The position numbers were made by a program, and so were the translations under genes. Shown in pieces: positions 13,101 to 24,534 of a DNA stretch of 40,055 nucleotides. Numbering within the stretch: the first letter of the stretch is position 1; the number at the start of each line of letters is the position of its first letter. The notes under the pieces were generated by a model. It did not search any database. It was not told the DNA's origin and worked only from the letters and a program-made list of their open reading frames with translations. Source of the DNA: Raillietiella orientalis (Eukaryota); NCBI GenBank assembly GCA_036172245.1, contig JAYWIR010000122.1, positions 62,001-102,055 of the forward strand, read 5' to 3'.

Positions 13101-16100
13101 GTTAGTACTTTTTTCAGTTGGTCAGAGATTAAATGCATTGTTAGAAATGTATCTTTAAGATATATATAGGTTGCATACACCAAAATGTAAATATTTTATG
13201 GGATTGCGCGTTGATAATTTATTCACATACAAATAAATGTAAGCTTTCCTGGAAAATTACTTGTATGGATAATTTTGAGAAAAGTTAATTTGTTTAATTG
13301 AAATTAAATAAATGCCCGAGAAAATGTACTGTTGTGGAGTTGTTTTTCGTTCCGAATGTTTGCCATGGTTTACATCCAAGATGTGAATCCAAGAATATTG
13401 TGGACCATATGCATGATGTAACTGGAAATTTTTTTAGTAAGCAGTAGTTAACAGATAAAAAATATAGGCGTTTCCCTGTTGATTTATTCTGGCGTTTGCG
13501 AAAATTTTGGTTTAAAATATTTCATGAGTGTGTTTCTACTTTTTGCTTTTTTTATTCGACATGGTATTCATTTAAACTCCTAATCAGTGAGAAGATAATT
13601 AATAATGGAAACTTGGAATCCATAAGTTTGTGAATGATTAATTTAAATGTAAGAATTGGTATTTTTTAGGTAATTACAATTTACTGCAATTCTGGTCACT
13701 CATCAAGAAAAACAAAAATGACTCGAGTTTTACTTAATTCCTCAAGTACATGTAGTAGTAATTCATTTGCGTACTGCCAAAATAAAGAAAACCTAGGAAA
13801 TTCAGCAAATAGAAAACAGTCATGCTCTGTAGAATTAATTTCGTTGAAAAAGACGCCTGATTTATGTTCCAATCTGCAAGTAAGAAATGCCTTTGCATAT
13901 CCCATATCTCTTGATCTGTATCTTCAAGATGAATGATCAACAAATTTTGACTAATCTTGTGAATGATTCAAAAATCCTTCATCCCATTCAAGACAATACA
14001 AGCACAACTGAGACAATGCTAGAGTTGCACTGTCAAAGCTACAAGTGTCATGAACTGGGAGGATGCTGGGATAAAGTACATAGTGCAATATTTCCTAGTT
14101 CTACTTTCAGACTTGAAAACCCTTGTGTCATGGATGAACAGCATTGTTCAAAAAATGCTTTAAACGATAAAAAAAAATCGAAACATTTAAATGCTGTATC
14201 AGTCAAAAAAGCAGAGATTTTAAAATCCCAAGTGCCACATTCTCCTCCTGTTCGCAACAAAAATTATGCTTTGCCTATAATTCGCAAATATTGTCGTGTG
14301 AAAAAAAGAACTTCTTCTTTCTCAAATTCTAGCATATCAGTAGAGTTAAAGAAAGTAAGTATGACTCTCTGTTAGCTAAGTATTATAAGAAAAAATGCTA
14401 ATTTCTTCTTTATAAGTCATATGTATGTTTTATTAACTTATGGTTTATTGTATTAGCAAGGGAATCCCACAAATAAAGAAGCCCAAAAAAAGGACTTCCA
14501 AATCTGTGGTACAGTTGAGAAAAAAAGTGAAGAATTTTTAGAAAATCGTGTAGAAGGAAAACAGTAACTATTTTTATTTCATTTTAAGTTAATGAATTTT
14601 ATTTATATTTAATAGCATTTGAGATTTGCATTATTTTTGTTTGCTTATATCAATAAATTGAAATGTGATACATAAAAATTAATACACATAATTTTCATTC
14701 CTTTGCTTATTAGGAACAGAAAGTTGTTGAAGGATCTAGAAATGTTGGCACACATGAATGAAGAAAACGTACACAAGGAAGATAAAGGAAATCTGGACAA
14801 GGTAACTCTTTCCTACTATAAAGTATTGGCATAGATGCTAATGATGTTAAAATGAAACAAATATTGCTCAGATATTTAAGAGTAATTCTATTCTGTGATT
14901 TAAAGATGAGTGAAGATCTGGAGAAATTGAAAGCTCTAATGCTTGCCAGTACTACTATACAGGCCTTGCCAAGTAGTAAATCACAACGTAATAATAAAAG
15001 ATCAAAAGCCACTGACACTTGCAAAGAAACTAAGCTTCGAAAAGTTATTGTAGAAAATGCATCTCCACAGCTTTTAGAAAAAAAAGAATGTTGTGATTCA
15101 AAAATATATAAAGGTAAATATATAAAGGTCATTCATGTGTTTTTTTGTTCATATTTTTTATTCATGTACTTTTCATAATAAAAACATTCGGATACGTATG
15201 TGTGATGTTATCTTATATAAAATAACATACATGTATTACATGGGATTATATCATAATGCATGTGTGTTTGTGTGTTAGTTTTTAACGTTTCCCTGAATAT
15301 TGAGCTCTGGCAAATGAGTATGAGACATATGCCCATTACATCAGTTTATGTTTTGATATTTAGGATGTACAGCTTTCATCATATGAGAGTTATGTGTCTT
15401 TATACATGTGTGAATAATGACTGTGTTAGAGATCAGCAAATCGTTTTTCACGTCGAACGTTATTCACCAAACAAGTATAAGTTCTGAAAAGTTCTCCTTT
15501 GAGGTGAAGAAGGACGATGTTAGAATTATGAAAGCATATTTTAGCATCACATATGCATACATACTAAAAATGTGGTATTTTCTCATACAACATTGATAAC
15601 ATCTGTTAAAGGTTGCACACAGATACAAAGGGATACATTTATCTTGAGAAGTGCCAAAGATGTAAAGCTTCATAGGTTATAATAAACAGATGAAAAGAAT
15701 CCAAAGCACGTTTGTGTTTCAGTTGCATTGCATTGTGGTAATTCAGAATTTGCAAAAATACTAAGACTTAGCGATTTTTCTATTTCAGATGTGTAGTTTG
15801 CATTAAAAAATTAAGTCTTATGTAAATTACTGTTACCATTCTGTAGTAAACTTTGCCTTCCCAAGCGAAAAGAAATATTAAAGCGGTTTATAATGTTATT
15901 TTGTGATACATTAAATTTGGAAATCTTTTGAATTTTTTTAAAGTTGTATAGTCTAATCTTTTATACATTAAAAACATCTGTAGCATTTGCAAAAGCATAT
16001 TTAAGAAAAGTGGAAGCAGCACTTGGTCAGTCAGGATATGCAAAGTTCCTCCAGCTTTTAATTGATTTTCGTGCATGCAACAGTGATGTCTTTGCATTGT

Positions 16101-18055
16101 TTGAAGATGTCAAAAAGGTTTGATGTCAATTACAAAGGCAATAGCAGTACTACTGTTTTTCTCTTTGGTAGATGCTTCACAATAATCCTGATTTGATAGA
16201 TGAGTTTGCTGGGTTCCTTACATTAGAACAAGCAGTTACAGTTAACAAGTATTCACAGTATATTCTATCATGGAGGCTGCGAGAGTTCTTCAAAAAATTT
16301 GAAGTATGTGCATAAGTGATTATTTGAGCTTACTTACGTTTAGAAATATATATTGAAGACTCCTGTTCAGCTGCAAAAGCTATTGAAAGGACTGAAGGAT
16401 TTGCTTCACAGAAATGCTGACATGACTGAGGTGAAAAAATTGTTGTTGGTTTCATTCAAAGGAAACACACAGTTGTTATCTCAGTTTTTGCAGCTGATTC
16501 CATCTGAAAAACCAAATGATAACAGGTAATGTTGATGTTTTTTTACTTAATTACATTACTTTTGTCTTAGCACTTGTGGTGAATTTGAAGAATTGCAATC
16601 TCCAGAACAGAGTAGATTATCCCCAGAGTTTGAATATTTAGATATGGTTTCTTCTGAAAAGGATGCATGTGATAATGGCCCCTGCCCCTGTAGTTGTCAT
16701 TTAGAAAATGCAAAATTGGTTAAAAACAAGCATTGTGGTCATTGTGGTATCAAGGTATATTTATAAACAACAAATTTTATTGTTCATGTTCTTATTTTTA
16801 TCTGTTCAATTAGTTTTCTCTCTTGATCACTTTTAAGTGAAAAGCTTATCCAATATAATTAAACAAACTTAATTAAATACAAGTGCTGTTGGATATAAAT
16901 TCTTCATTTTTTGTTATTACTGTTTCAGTTCACATACTGCAGTATGTTGAATGTCAGTTTGTTATGATAAACCTTTTTCAGTTCATTGATGGTAAAGTTT
17001 TTATGCAAAGTGGTAAAATTTTAAGACCAGCCAAGGTGATATATCACACTCAAAGCTCTAGTGATATTAAAGAGCATCCAAATGAAAAAAATGCATCATC
17101 AGATTATGTTAGTCTTAAGAATGAGGATCGTTTGAAAGTTGTCAGTAATAAGAGTGATGATATTTCCATCGAAGAAACTAATTTTTGTTCCCTTAATGAT
17201 AATGAAGAAGTGGTCGATGTGTTGCGAATATCAAACCAAATTGAACAATCAAGTGACTGTGCTGATTGCCCCATATCCAAATCCATGCCTATACTGGATG
17301 TTGATGAGTCACCGGATTCATTGCATCAAAGTAATTTCTCTAAATCCTTAATTTTGAAAAGGAATTAACGTTTGTTGCTTGTCAAAACTCGACCAATATT
17401 TCTCTAGGAAGTAATCTTGTTTGTTCAGCCATTGCTTCACCATGTAACCAGTGCTCATTTAGACCAGAAACCAATTGTGTTTCGATAGAAAAACATTTGA
17501 GAGCGTCCACTGCTCCAGAATCCTTTTTGCCAAAAGAATGGAATAAAGAAGAAGATCGTGCAATTCTACAGATGTGTAAACACATGGGATCTTCTGAAAG
17601 TACATTCCATAAAGTATCATCTGTACTTACTGACAGATCTTCAGAAGAGGTATTTTTGTGTTCATATCATATTGAATAGTTTTTAAATAAAATCTGGCTT
17701 TATATAATTATCATAGAAAAATGCTAACAACTTATTGATTGATGTCACTATTGTATATCAATAATATATTTGCATGTCAAGTTTAGTAAACAAACAAAAA
17801 TTTACCTTGTGAATCTTTTTTTTTTTTGCAAAAAGTATAAGCCAAAGCTGAACTATGGAAATTGCGAACTTAGAACTTTACTGAACAATTACAGTTAAAT
17901 GTGCATTACTTGTTTTCAATCAAATAAATATACTGCTGTGAAATTTCAGTTTTCAAGTTTATTGTACACAGATTTAATTCTTTCTTCTTCAGATTAAAGA
18001 AAGATTTTTGCATCTAATTTCCTTGCTGTCTGCTAAGAAATCTAACCTGGACTAG
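4154..18055 (+). CDS. GON4L: GON-4-like protein (GON4L/YY1AP1 family transcriptional co-regulator; PAH domains, C-terminal SANT/Myb-like domain), about 21 or more coding exons
   Basis: Manually spliced GT-AG exons in consistent phase: 4154-4273, 4329-4450, 6376-6529, 7453-7566, 9424-9589, 9648-9716, 10246-10391, 10441-10665, 10834-10997, 11047-11175, 11420-11612, 11653-11790, 13670-13879, 13929-14354, 14457-14563, 14714-14801, 14906-15113, [15114-15983 unresolved], 15984-16117, 16172-16303, 16344-16525, 16571-16754, 16982-17330, 17408-17649, 17993-18055 (TAG). Peptides match recalled GON4L blocks: AKKNNLSITNVKNILR-YIITNPEV, KLTRSK, SSDEDY, TRSKLPLNNVPIEALEQAFMPPDITTDMYD..DDEEW, DPEYN, RNDRAVKISQKEINELLEE, QMELHVQLLTQ, FVYPQLLP, PAH-type FAKAYLRKV...FAGFLTLEQA, CPCSCH..HCGHC, WNKEEDRAILQMCK...TF..VS..L.DRSSEE-IKERF. 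Confidence 0.92.
6958..7013. repeat. Intronic near-perfect hairpin (26-bp stem, 1 mismatch, 4-nt loop)
   Basis: AGCTTTAATAGCAAATACAGAAGCAC-gttt-GTGCTGCTGTATTTGCTATTAAAGCT. Preceded by a 9-bp hairpin (6918-6939) and a 14-nt direct repeat GATGAACACATCAG (6923, 6946). Confidence 0.85.
11964..11991. repeat. Perfect 28-bp palindrome in a GON4L intron
   Basis: TATAAAGGATCCAT|ATGGATCCTTTATA is its own reverse complement, with no spacer. Confidence 0.9.
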
Positions 18056-18332
18056 TCTACAGAAGACCACTGTTGATTGTTGTTAAATCGCAGCAATCAT
18101 TAATTTACTTAAGAATAGCGTATATGTGTATTTAAATTTAATTTACCGATTATATCTTAGTATTCTTATTTAAAACATGGATTTACTGATTTCTAATGTA
18201 ATTTATTTGTGAAAAATATTTTTAATATACAGATTCAATAATTTAATTTTTATTAAGTCAAGAAAAACGTTATAATTCTATCATTTTAATCTTTATGAAA
18301 AATGTATTATCATTTATGTGTTACTGTGAAAC

Positions 18333-20311
18333 ATGGAAGCTATGGCTGTTGCCAAAATCAGATCTAAAGGTTAGTCATCAGAAAGAAAATCTTTGTAGTG
18401 TATCTGATTTTGAAGGTTCAGGAAGAGATTTATTTATATCTGAATTTATTTCACAATATTCTGAATTAACTGAAGATACACAGCAAGAAATTATTGATAG
18501 TCTTCTGTACATTAGCCCTCCATCATTGTTGCTACACATAAGAGATGTTGTTTGTAGTATACTAAAGAAGGATATTTTGACTCTTATACCAGATCTTGTG
18601 AAGGAGAAGATTCTTGGTTATTTAGATGAAAAAACATTACTGATTTGTTCATTTGTATGTAGGAGCTGGAGCAGGTAATTTTAGATTTTGCATTTAAGAA
18701 AAACTAAAAAATTTTTGAACCATATTCTTGTTTTTGATGTGTGTTATTAAAAGTGGTTTTTGAGGTATAATCAAGCATTTTAATAGCATTTTGATGAGGA
18801 AAAGTAAGCAAATGTAATGAGGAAAAAAATTTGCTTCGAAAAACGTGCATCATAAAAATATTAGTGATACTTTTATTAAGATTTTCGTAATTCTGCAATA
18901 TTCTACTTTTAGAATTGTATCATCTCAGGAAAAACTTTGGGAAAAGTACTGTTTGAACTCTCCAGCAATAAATAAAGACTTTAAGAAAGTAACTGTAACT
19001 TGGCAGCATCTATTTCAAGAGATTTATTTCAGACAGTTGGCTATAAAAAATAGTGTAGCATTTGAAATTGTGGATGAAAACAAATATCCAGAGAATTTTC
19101 ATGATATTGTTGCACTTGATTATCATGAAGGATATCTAGCATTGGGTAGGCAGAAATGTGCTTTCTTTAAATATATTCTTTCTTAGCAAGAGAATCAAAA
19201 GAATCAACTTCTGTCCATGTACTGAAATGGAATGATGATCATTTTGTAGTTTTGTTTTTTATACAATTGCATTCAAATGCAACAAGGATTTCATGCATCA
19301 AATTATTTAGAAATCACTGGTTTGTCATTGGCCACTTCTCTGGCTTTATATCATTCTGGAACTTGAAACGAAATGAAGAATGTAGATCCTTCCCTGGACA
19401 TAGTAGTCCAGTGTTTAGCATAGATTTCTTGCCTGAACTCAATTTGGCTGTAAGTGGTTCTGCTGATAGGACTGTTCGTTTATGGGCTTTTCAATCTGGT
19501 ACAGCCTTGTGGACATTGCCAGAGCTAGAACACTGGGCAGTTAAAGTAAGGTACTTTTTTTGTTAATAAAGTTTTTTTATTTTCATTTATACAGGTAATG
19601 CTGAAAAGTAGTCGCCAATTACAAGACAACCCATTTTTGAGTAACCAAAATCTCCTTCTTATACAAACACGTTATAATATACATTTTTGGACATGGAATG
19701 CCATTGTGGATACTGCCATGGGCGATATTTCTTCTATGATTTCTATCCTACGTATCCCTATTAACCCCCACACAGAACTATTTTCTCCAGGGTGCATATT
19801 TGATGGGAAAGTATTGTCTTTTATCAAGCAAGAACTTCAAGGAACAGGTGAACTCTATCAAATTTCAATTCCTGATGGAACTCAGTTATCAAAGTACAAA
19901 CTACAAACAAAAGTAAAAAAATTGTTGGGAGTAGGAAAGTGTTTTGCATTTATTTTAACAACATCTAGTAATGTTTCTGAAAGTGCTGCAGTCATACTAA
20001 ATTTGCAGTCAGATAAAAACCAAGCATGTTCTTGGGGACAAATTCCGTTATTTCATATCAAGTAAGCAAAGAGATAATAAGTAATTTTGTGAATGTGACT
20101 TTTTAGAATGAAGACTCCGGATGGTTCTCAAATTGCTCTTTGTGACAGTGAATGGCTGGATGGTCTAAGTATGTGCAATACTCGAGGATTGATTTTGGCT
20201 GTTTCCGTAACTACTCCACCACACTATTCAGCAGTACTATGTGTAAAATGGGCTGATTTTCCATCAGATGAAGGCCGAAAAATTTTTTTCAATCAAAATA
20301 CCAAATTTTAA
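18333..20311 (+). CDS. FBXW2: F-box/WD repeat-containing protein 2-like (SCF substrate adaptor)
   Basis: Exons in consistent phase: 18333-18369 (aaacATGG start; alternatively an unspliced start at ATG 18295), 18416-18674, 18913-19145, 19187-19545, 19595-20061, 20107-20311 (TAA). F-box LKKDILTLIPDLVKEKILGYLDEKTLLICSFVCRSW; WD40 FPGHSSPVFSIDFLPELNLAVSGSADRTVRLW; C-terminal FDGK, LLGVG, GSQIALCDSEWLDGLSMCNTRGLILAVS, resembling recalled FBXW2-specific blocks. Confidence 0.88.
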
Positions 20312-21669
20312 CCATCACGTACTCATAATTGTCGAGATGAGTGAAATTATAACACGCCAAATTGTTATTTTGTGAAGATAATAAATTTCTAAACGAGCAG
20401 CTAGATACAAATGCGCAGATATTTCGCCATGAACTGTAAATGTTTTTCTCTCAATCTAATTATTTTTGAGCTAAATTAAATCACATGCCTATTAATAACC
20501 ACGAGTAGAGAGCATGATCGCAACTGTATTGATGCCTTCGTCATGCAATAAGGTTACATTTCGATAACGATGCTTTTGAGTCACGCTAAGATCCCACAAT
20601 CATGCAACTTAAGCAAGCAATTAACATTCCCGTGATATTGGTATTCTGAGTATATTTTCCAATTATGGGTCTGCATACACCAAATCGGCAACTAGATCTG
20701 AATTTGAGATTAGTTCAAATTCTGCTTTTAGTAGTAGTTTAGTCGTTTTACTAACTGCCAAAAATTATGTTTAACATCAGTTCGGAATTTTTCGACTGCA
20801 TTTCAGTTTTCCACTAATGAAAACAGAAGCAAAGATGGGTTTTATCTTTTAATACTTCGTAGCCAAAAAAAAAAAAGAAGAAAAACATGCTTATCTTTTG
20901 CATAATTATGCAGTGAATTACTACATGTTTCATATTCGTTTTATTCCTTTTCAAAAGTCAATTTCCATTTCTCATGAATTTTTACATTCTTTTCGATGGC
21001 TGTCTTCCTGAACTGATAGGAAGAATTTCTAAGATGACGTCATCAAGGTACTTTATTGCAATCAACTATGGTTGCCGATATTAGATGAAAATTTGTGACA
21101 TTTTCTTTGTTTTTTAGAAAAAATCATTTGCGAGAACAACTGAATTTCGAGAAAAAAAAAATCCACAGAAATCTGCTTCATTTTTTATGCTTTTGAATAT
21201 ATGGAACGTTGAAATTATGCGTGCTATTTCTTAGCGAACAGTTTCAGTTTCATATATAAAATGAATTTCCCGTTTATATATGGGACATGGTTATTTTTAA
21301 TAATTTTCTTTTCTATTCTAATTCTCTTTTCTATTCTAAAACTCTGATTGATTTCCTTGAAGAAAGCATAGGTGTTTTTGCAGCACATAAGGTATTGTAG
21401 GGACAGTCTGTGTTTATTGATGACTCAGAGTTTATAGGAAAAATCCAACAAACAGAGCGAGTAGAAGATTTAACTTGATCTTAACACTGGTTGTCACCAC
21501 TATTATTCGCGATAGATAACTTATCATCTTGAAAAAAAAATATCCTTTTTATGAAGGTTATACTTTAAGCGTCTGTCATGCATCTTGAAATCGATTTCCT
21601 TATATATGTATGCTTGTTATTATTTACATTCTTCAGTCGAATTATTTAGATGCACGAATAAATGAAATT

Positions 21670-22300
21670 TATCACCCGGATATGCCGGGGCATTTATTAT
21701 TCAATTTCTTACAAAATTAGATAATAAAGTCTATAGATATTGTCTGTCGTGGTAGAACACTTGGTTCTACCACGGTTAAAGACTTGTCGTGAGCCGGTGC
21801 TAAGACAGGCGAGGTCCTCTACCGAGGCTTAGGGGAAGGAGAAACTCAAACAAAAAGAAACAAAAAGAAGGATAATGGGGAGGGAAATAGTTTTATGGGG
21901 AGGGGAGGGCAGGGAAGGTATTACTGGGCTCTTGGATCGGTCCTCTGCATCCTATGCAGGATGCTGACAAGTTCTGTTTTTGTGTTGGATGGTAGGCGCC
22001 ACCTTGTCGCGGTCTCCAAAAAGACCGTCGTCCAGTGGATGGCGTCCCTGCTTCTTTAGTCTCTTCTAGCATTCCTCCTTTCCACGATGCCGCGCACGCA
22101 GCAGAGAACTGAAACACACGTGGCTGCTGGCAGGGCGTTCCGCATCAGGAGGCGAAGGAAAATTCCTTTTGTGTCGCCCACCGGAATGTTAACAATCGAC
22201 GAGAGTCGATCCCACATGGGCCGGAGGGGGACACACTCGATGAGTAGGTGGGGGAAGGTTTCCCTTTCCCCGCACCCTGCACAATTGGCATCCACATCCA
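21670..22300 (-). mobile_element. L1/Tx1-like LINE piece A: ORF2 C-terminus with CCHC finger and structured 3'UTR
   Basis: Minus-strand CAGCGERETFPHLLIEC (CX2CX7HX4C), premature TAA at 22056-22058, natural-looking stop at 21921-21923, pyrimidine-rich UTR, AATAAA (21693-21698) and terminal hairpin CCCGG-catat-CCGGG (21675-21689). Homology with piece B ends around 22296-22311. Confidence 0.85.
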
Positions 22301-22827
22301 CCACAATGTCCGGACGTGTTTGCGCATCGCTCCGCGGAATGGTCGTTAGGAAGTTATCTTTGTTGAGTACTTGTGGTGTGTAGGGTCGCCGGTATCCTAT
22401 GGCAGATATGCCTGAGGACACTGTGATGGAGACCGGGAAGGGAGAGGCCCGATCCACTCACCCACCCAAGACGGTGGGGACATCCAGCCCCACGGAATCC
22501 AAGGCACCCGCTCCATCCGAATCGGGGGCAGCTGCCCCCTCGAGACCCTCTTAGCCGACGGCGAGGAACTGGAGCAGCATGGTTTCTGCACCATCTGGCT
22601 ATAAGCCCAGCCTTATATATAAGGTAGACTGCGTATTCCAAGGGGATATCTCGCGTGCGATCGCGAGGGAATTCCAGTGACTGGACGGGAAGGAGGAAGA
22701 CCTTGAAGGACTGTCAGTTCTGACTTGCAAACAAGCAAATCTATCCCAGCGCTTGTTAAGGAGCCCCATCGTGATCAACGGTAGCAAGGTTTTTCCCTCC
22801 TCACAAGATCAATCGACGGTGTTGCAC
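22301..22827 (+). mobile_element. LINE ORF1 N-terminal fragment 'a' (pseudogenised; absent from the ORF track)
   Basis: From ATG 22399, reading through TAG 22552 and TGA 22678: MADMPED...PTARNWSSMVSAPSGYKPSLIYKV...EEDLEGLSVLTCKQANLSQRLLRSPIVINGSKVFPSSQDQSTVLH, colinear with ORF1 'b' (MPDD...ARAWSKVAA...GYNPPLLYKV...DEEITCFSV...LICRDAALTHKLCTPVPFEGRNLLPHTVDHSIVIH). Confidence 0.8.
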
Positions 22828-24534
22828 GGGAGGAGATTTTCTCCCCACAGAGCGTTTCTAAACAGGCTGCGTGCCTGGAGCTTGGCCGAGTAGGGGGGCG
22901 GACAAATAAAAAACCGGGGATGTAAGAAGGGGGCAGCGAAGGTGTTCCAAACGGCGGCTCACCTGTGCTGGTGGTCGCACGCGTTTTTGGCGAGCTCCAG
23001 TGAGCGAAGCCAACTAGCAGTTCGTGTGAGTGTGGAAGGGCGGCCGTTGGAAGGCAGAAATGCCTGATGACGCCGCAAAACCTGCGACGGGAGACGTGAG
23101 ACCCACGTCTCGCCAAAATCTCCCCCGCCGTCCCGGCGAGGGCTTGGAGCAAGGTGGCTGCGTCGGCGACGCCCGACGTGGCCGCCGAAATTTCAGCCTA
23201 CATCAAGGAGGGCTACAATCCACCCCTTCTTTATAAGGTAGGCAACTTGTATTCTGCAATCACAACTCGCAAATTCGGGCATTACCGATGAGGAGATCAC
23301 GTGTTTTTCGGTCCGTAGCGAAGGGCAGTTTGCGGAGCTCATCTGCAGAGATGCAGCACTCACGCATAAACTCTGCACGCCCGTGCCTTTCGAGGGACGT
23401 AATCTCCTACCGCACACTGTGGATCACTCTATCGTGATCCACCTAACTGGAACAACTGTGCGGATGGACGAAGAATCCATTCGCACAGATCATAACAAGT
23501 TCGCGGAGATTTACGCGATGTGGAGTAAGCCTTCAGTTTCAGAGGCGCATTTAGTGGGCGCATGGCCGCGCGATAACATTGATCTTCCCCACAAACTGGA
23601 AGTCAACGATGAGCTCGTTGATATCTGGTTCGTTAAGAAGCAAAAATATCGCGGGCAATGCATGACTTTCGGGCATCTACGGAAGAGATGCCGGATGCAA
23701 CGTGCCCAACCTGCGGCGAAAAGGGTCATACTAGCGTCGTGTGCCCAAAGAACGTCGCTACACCGCCAGAGAACCCGGAAAAAAATAAGGGGGAGAAGGC
23801 GGAAGCCCCCCCCGAAAAAATAAACAAACAAGCAAAGGACCAACTGCCAGCAAACAAGGCAGTCGTACAGCCTAGCACGGAATCGCAAGAAGCGATTCCT
23901 TAACAGGCAATCGATGAGGATGGCTGGAAGCTGGTCCCAATCAAAATCAAACCCCCCCCAAAAAAAAACAATTAAAAACGCGAAAATTTCGAGAACATCC
24001 TCGAAACCGAAAGTGAAATCTTCGCCGTGCGATGCTACGAAGGAATGCCGCGTTACAATCGAGCGCGTGCCGTCGATGGAACTTCGATCGGCAAACGCGA
24101 AAGCCACAGTCGTCGTTGACGCCGAGCAGGCGCCGCAGGAATCCCGCGACACGTGCGTTAGCAGCCACGACAAGAATTCCGCGAAGGCATCGGAGGAACT
24201 GGCGGTCAGCTTCCAGCAGCCCCTCAAGGCTGTCAAGAAAGATGTGAGGCGGCCGGCGGAAGCCAAAGGCCCGGAGACATCCGAGTCCGAAGCGGAAGCC
24301 GGAAGCGCTCCCTCCATCGCCCTCCCGAAAAGGAAGGCGGGGCGGAAGTCCCAGAACCCTGAGCGCGTCGTTCAACCTCAGTTAGAGGAGGAGGAAATGC
24401 ACTCAGGGAACGAGGAAGCAATGTCCGCGAGGTCACGCGACTCCTCGGTAGAAAAAGCACCGCCAAACGAAACGACCGAACGACGTCCAGGAATTGACGA
24501 GACTCCTTTAGCCGAAGCGATGCCCGTCGACTAG
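22828..24534 (+). mobile_element. LINE 5'UTR plus near-complete frameshifted ORF1 'b' (gag-like, two CCHC zinc knuckles)
   Basis: ATG 23060; several frameshifts and stops. Knuckles (R<C)GQCMTFGHLRKRC at 23650-23691 and CPTCGEKGHTSVVC at 23703-23744 (CX2CX4HX4C), separated by a 1-nt frameshift. IDEDGWKLV motif after 23903; charged low-complexity tail to TAG 24534. This architecture is typical of L1/Tx1-clade ORF1. Confidence 0.85.

Noticed and set aside
21775..21835. Twister-ribozyme-like string (TTAA...GCCGGTGCTAAG...GAGG)
   Set aside because: The loop lacks the CCC/GC pseudoknot-forming bases, and it is antisense to the LINE.
23511..24375. Long minus-strand ORFs (268 aa and 142 aa)
   Set aside because: Antisense shadows of GC-rich LINE ORF1 with no recognisable motifs.
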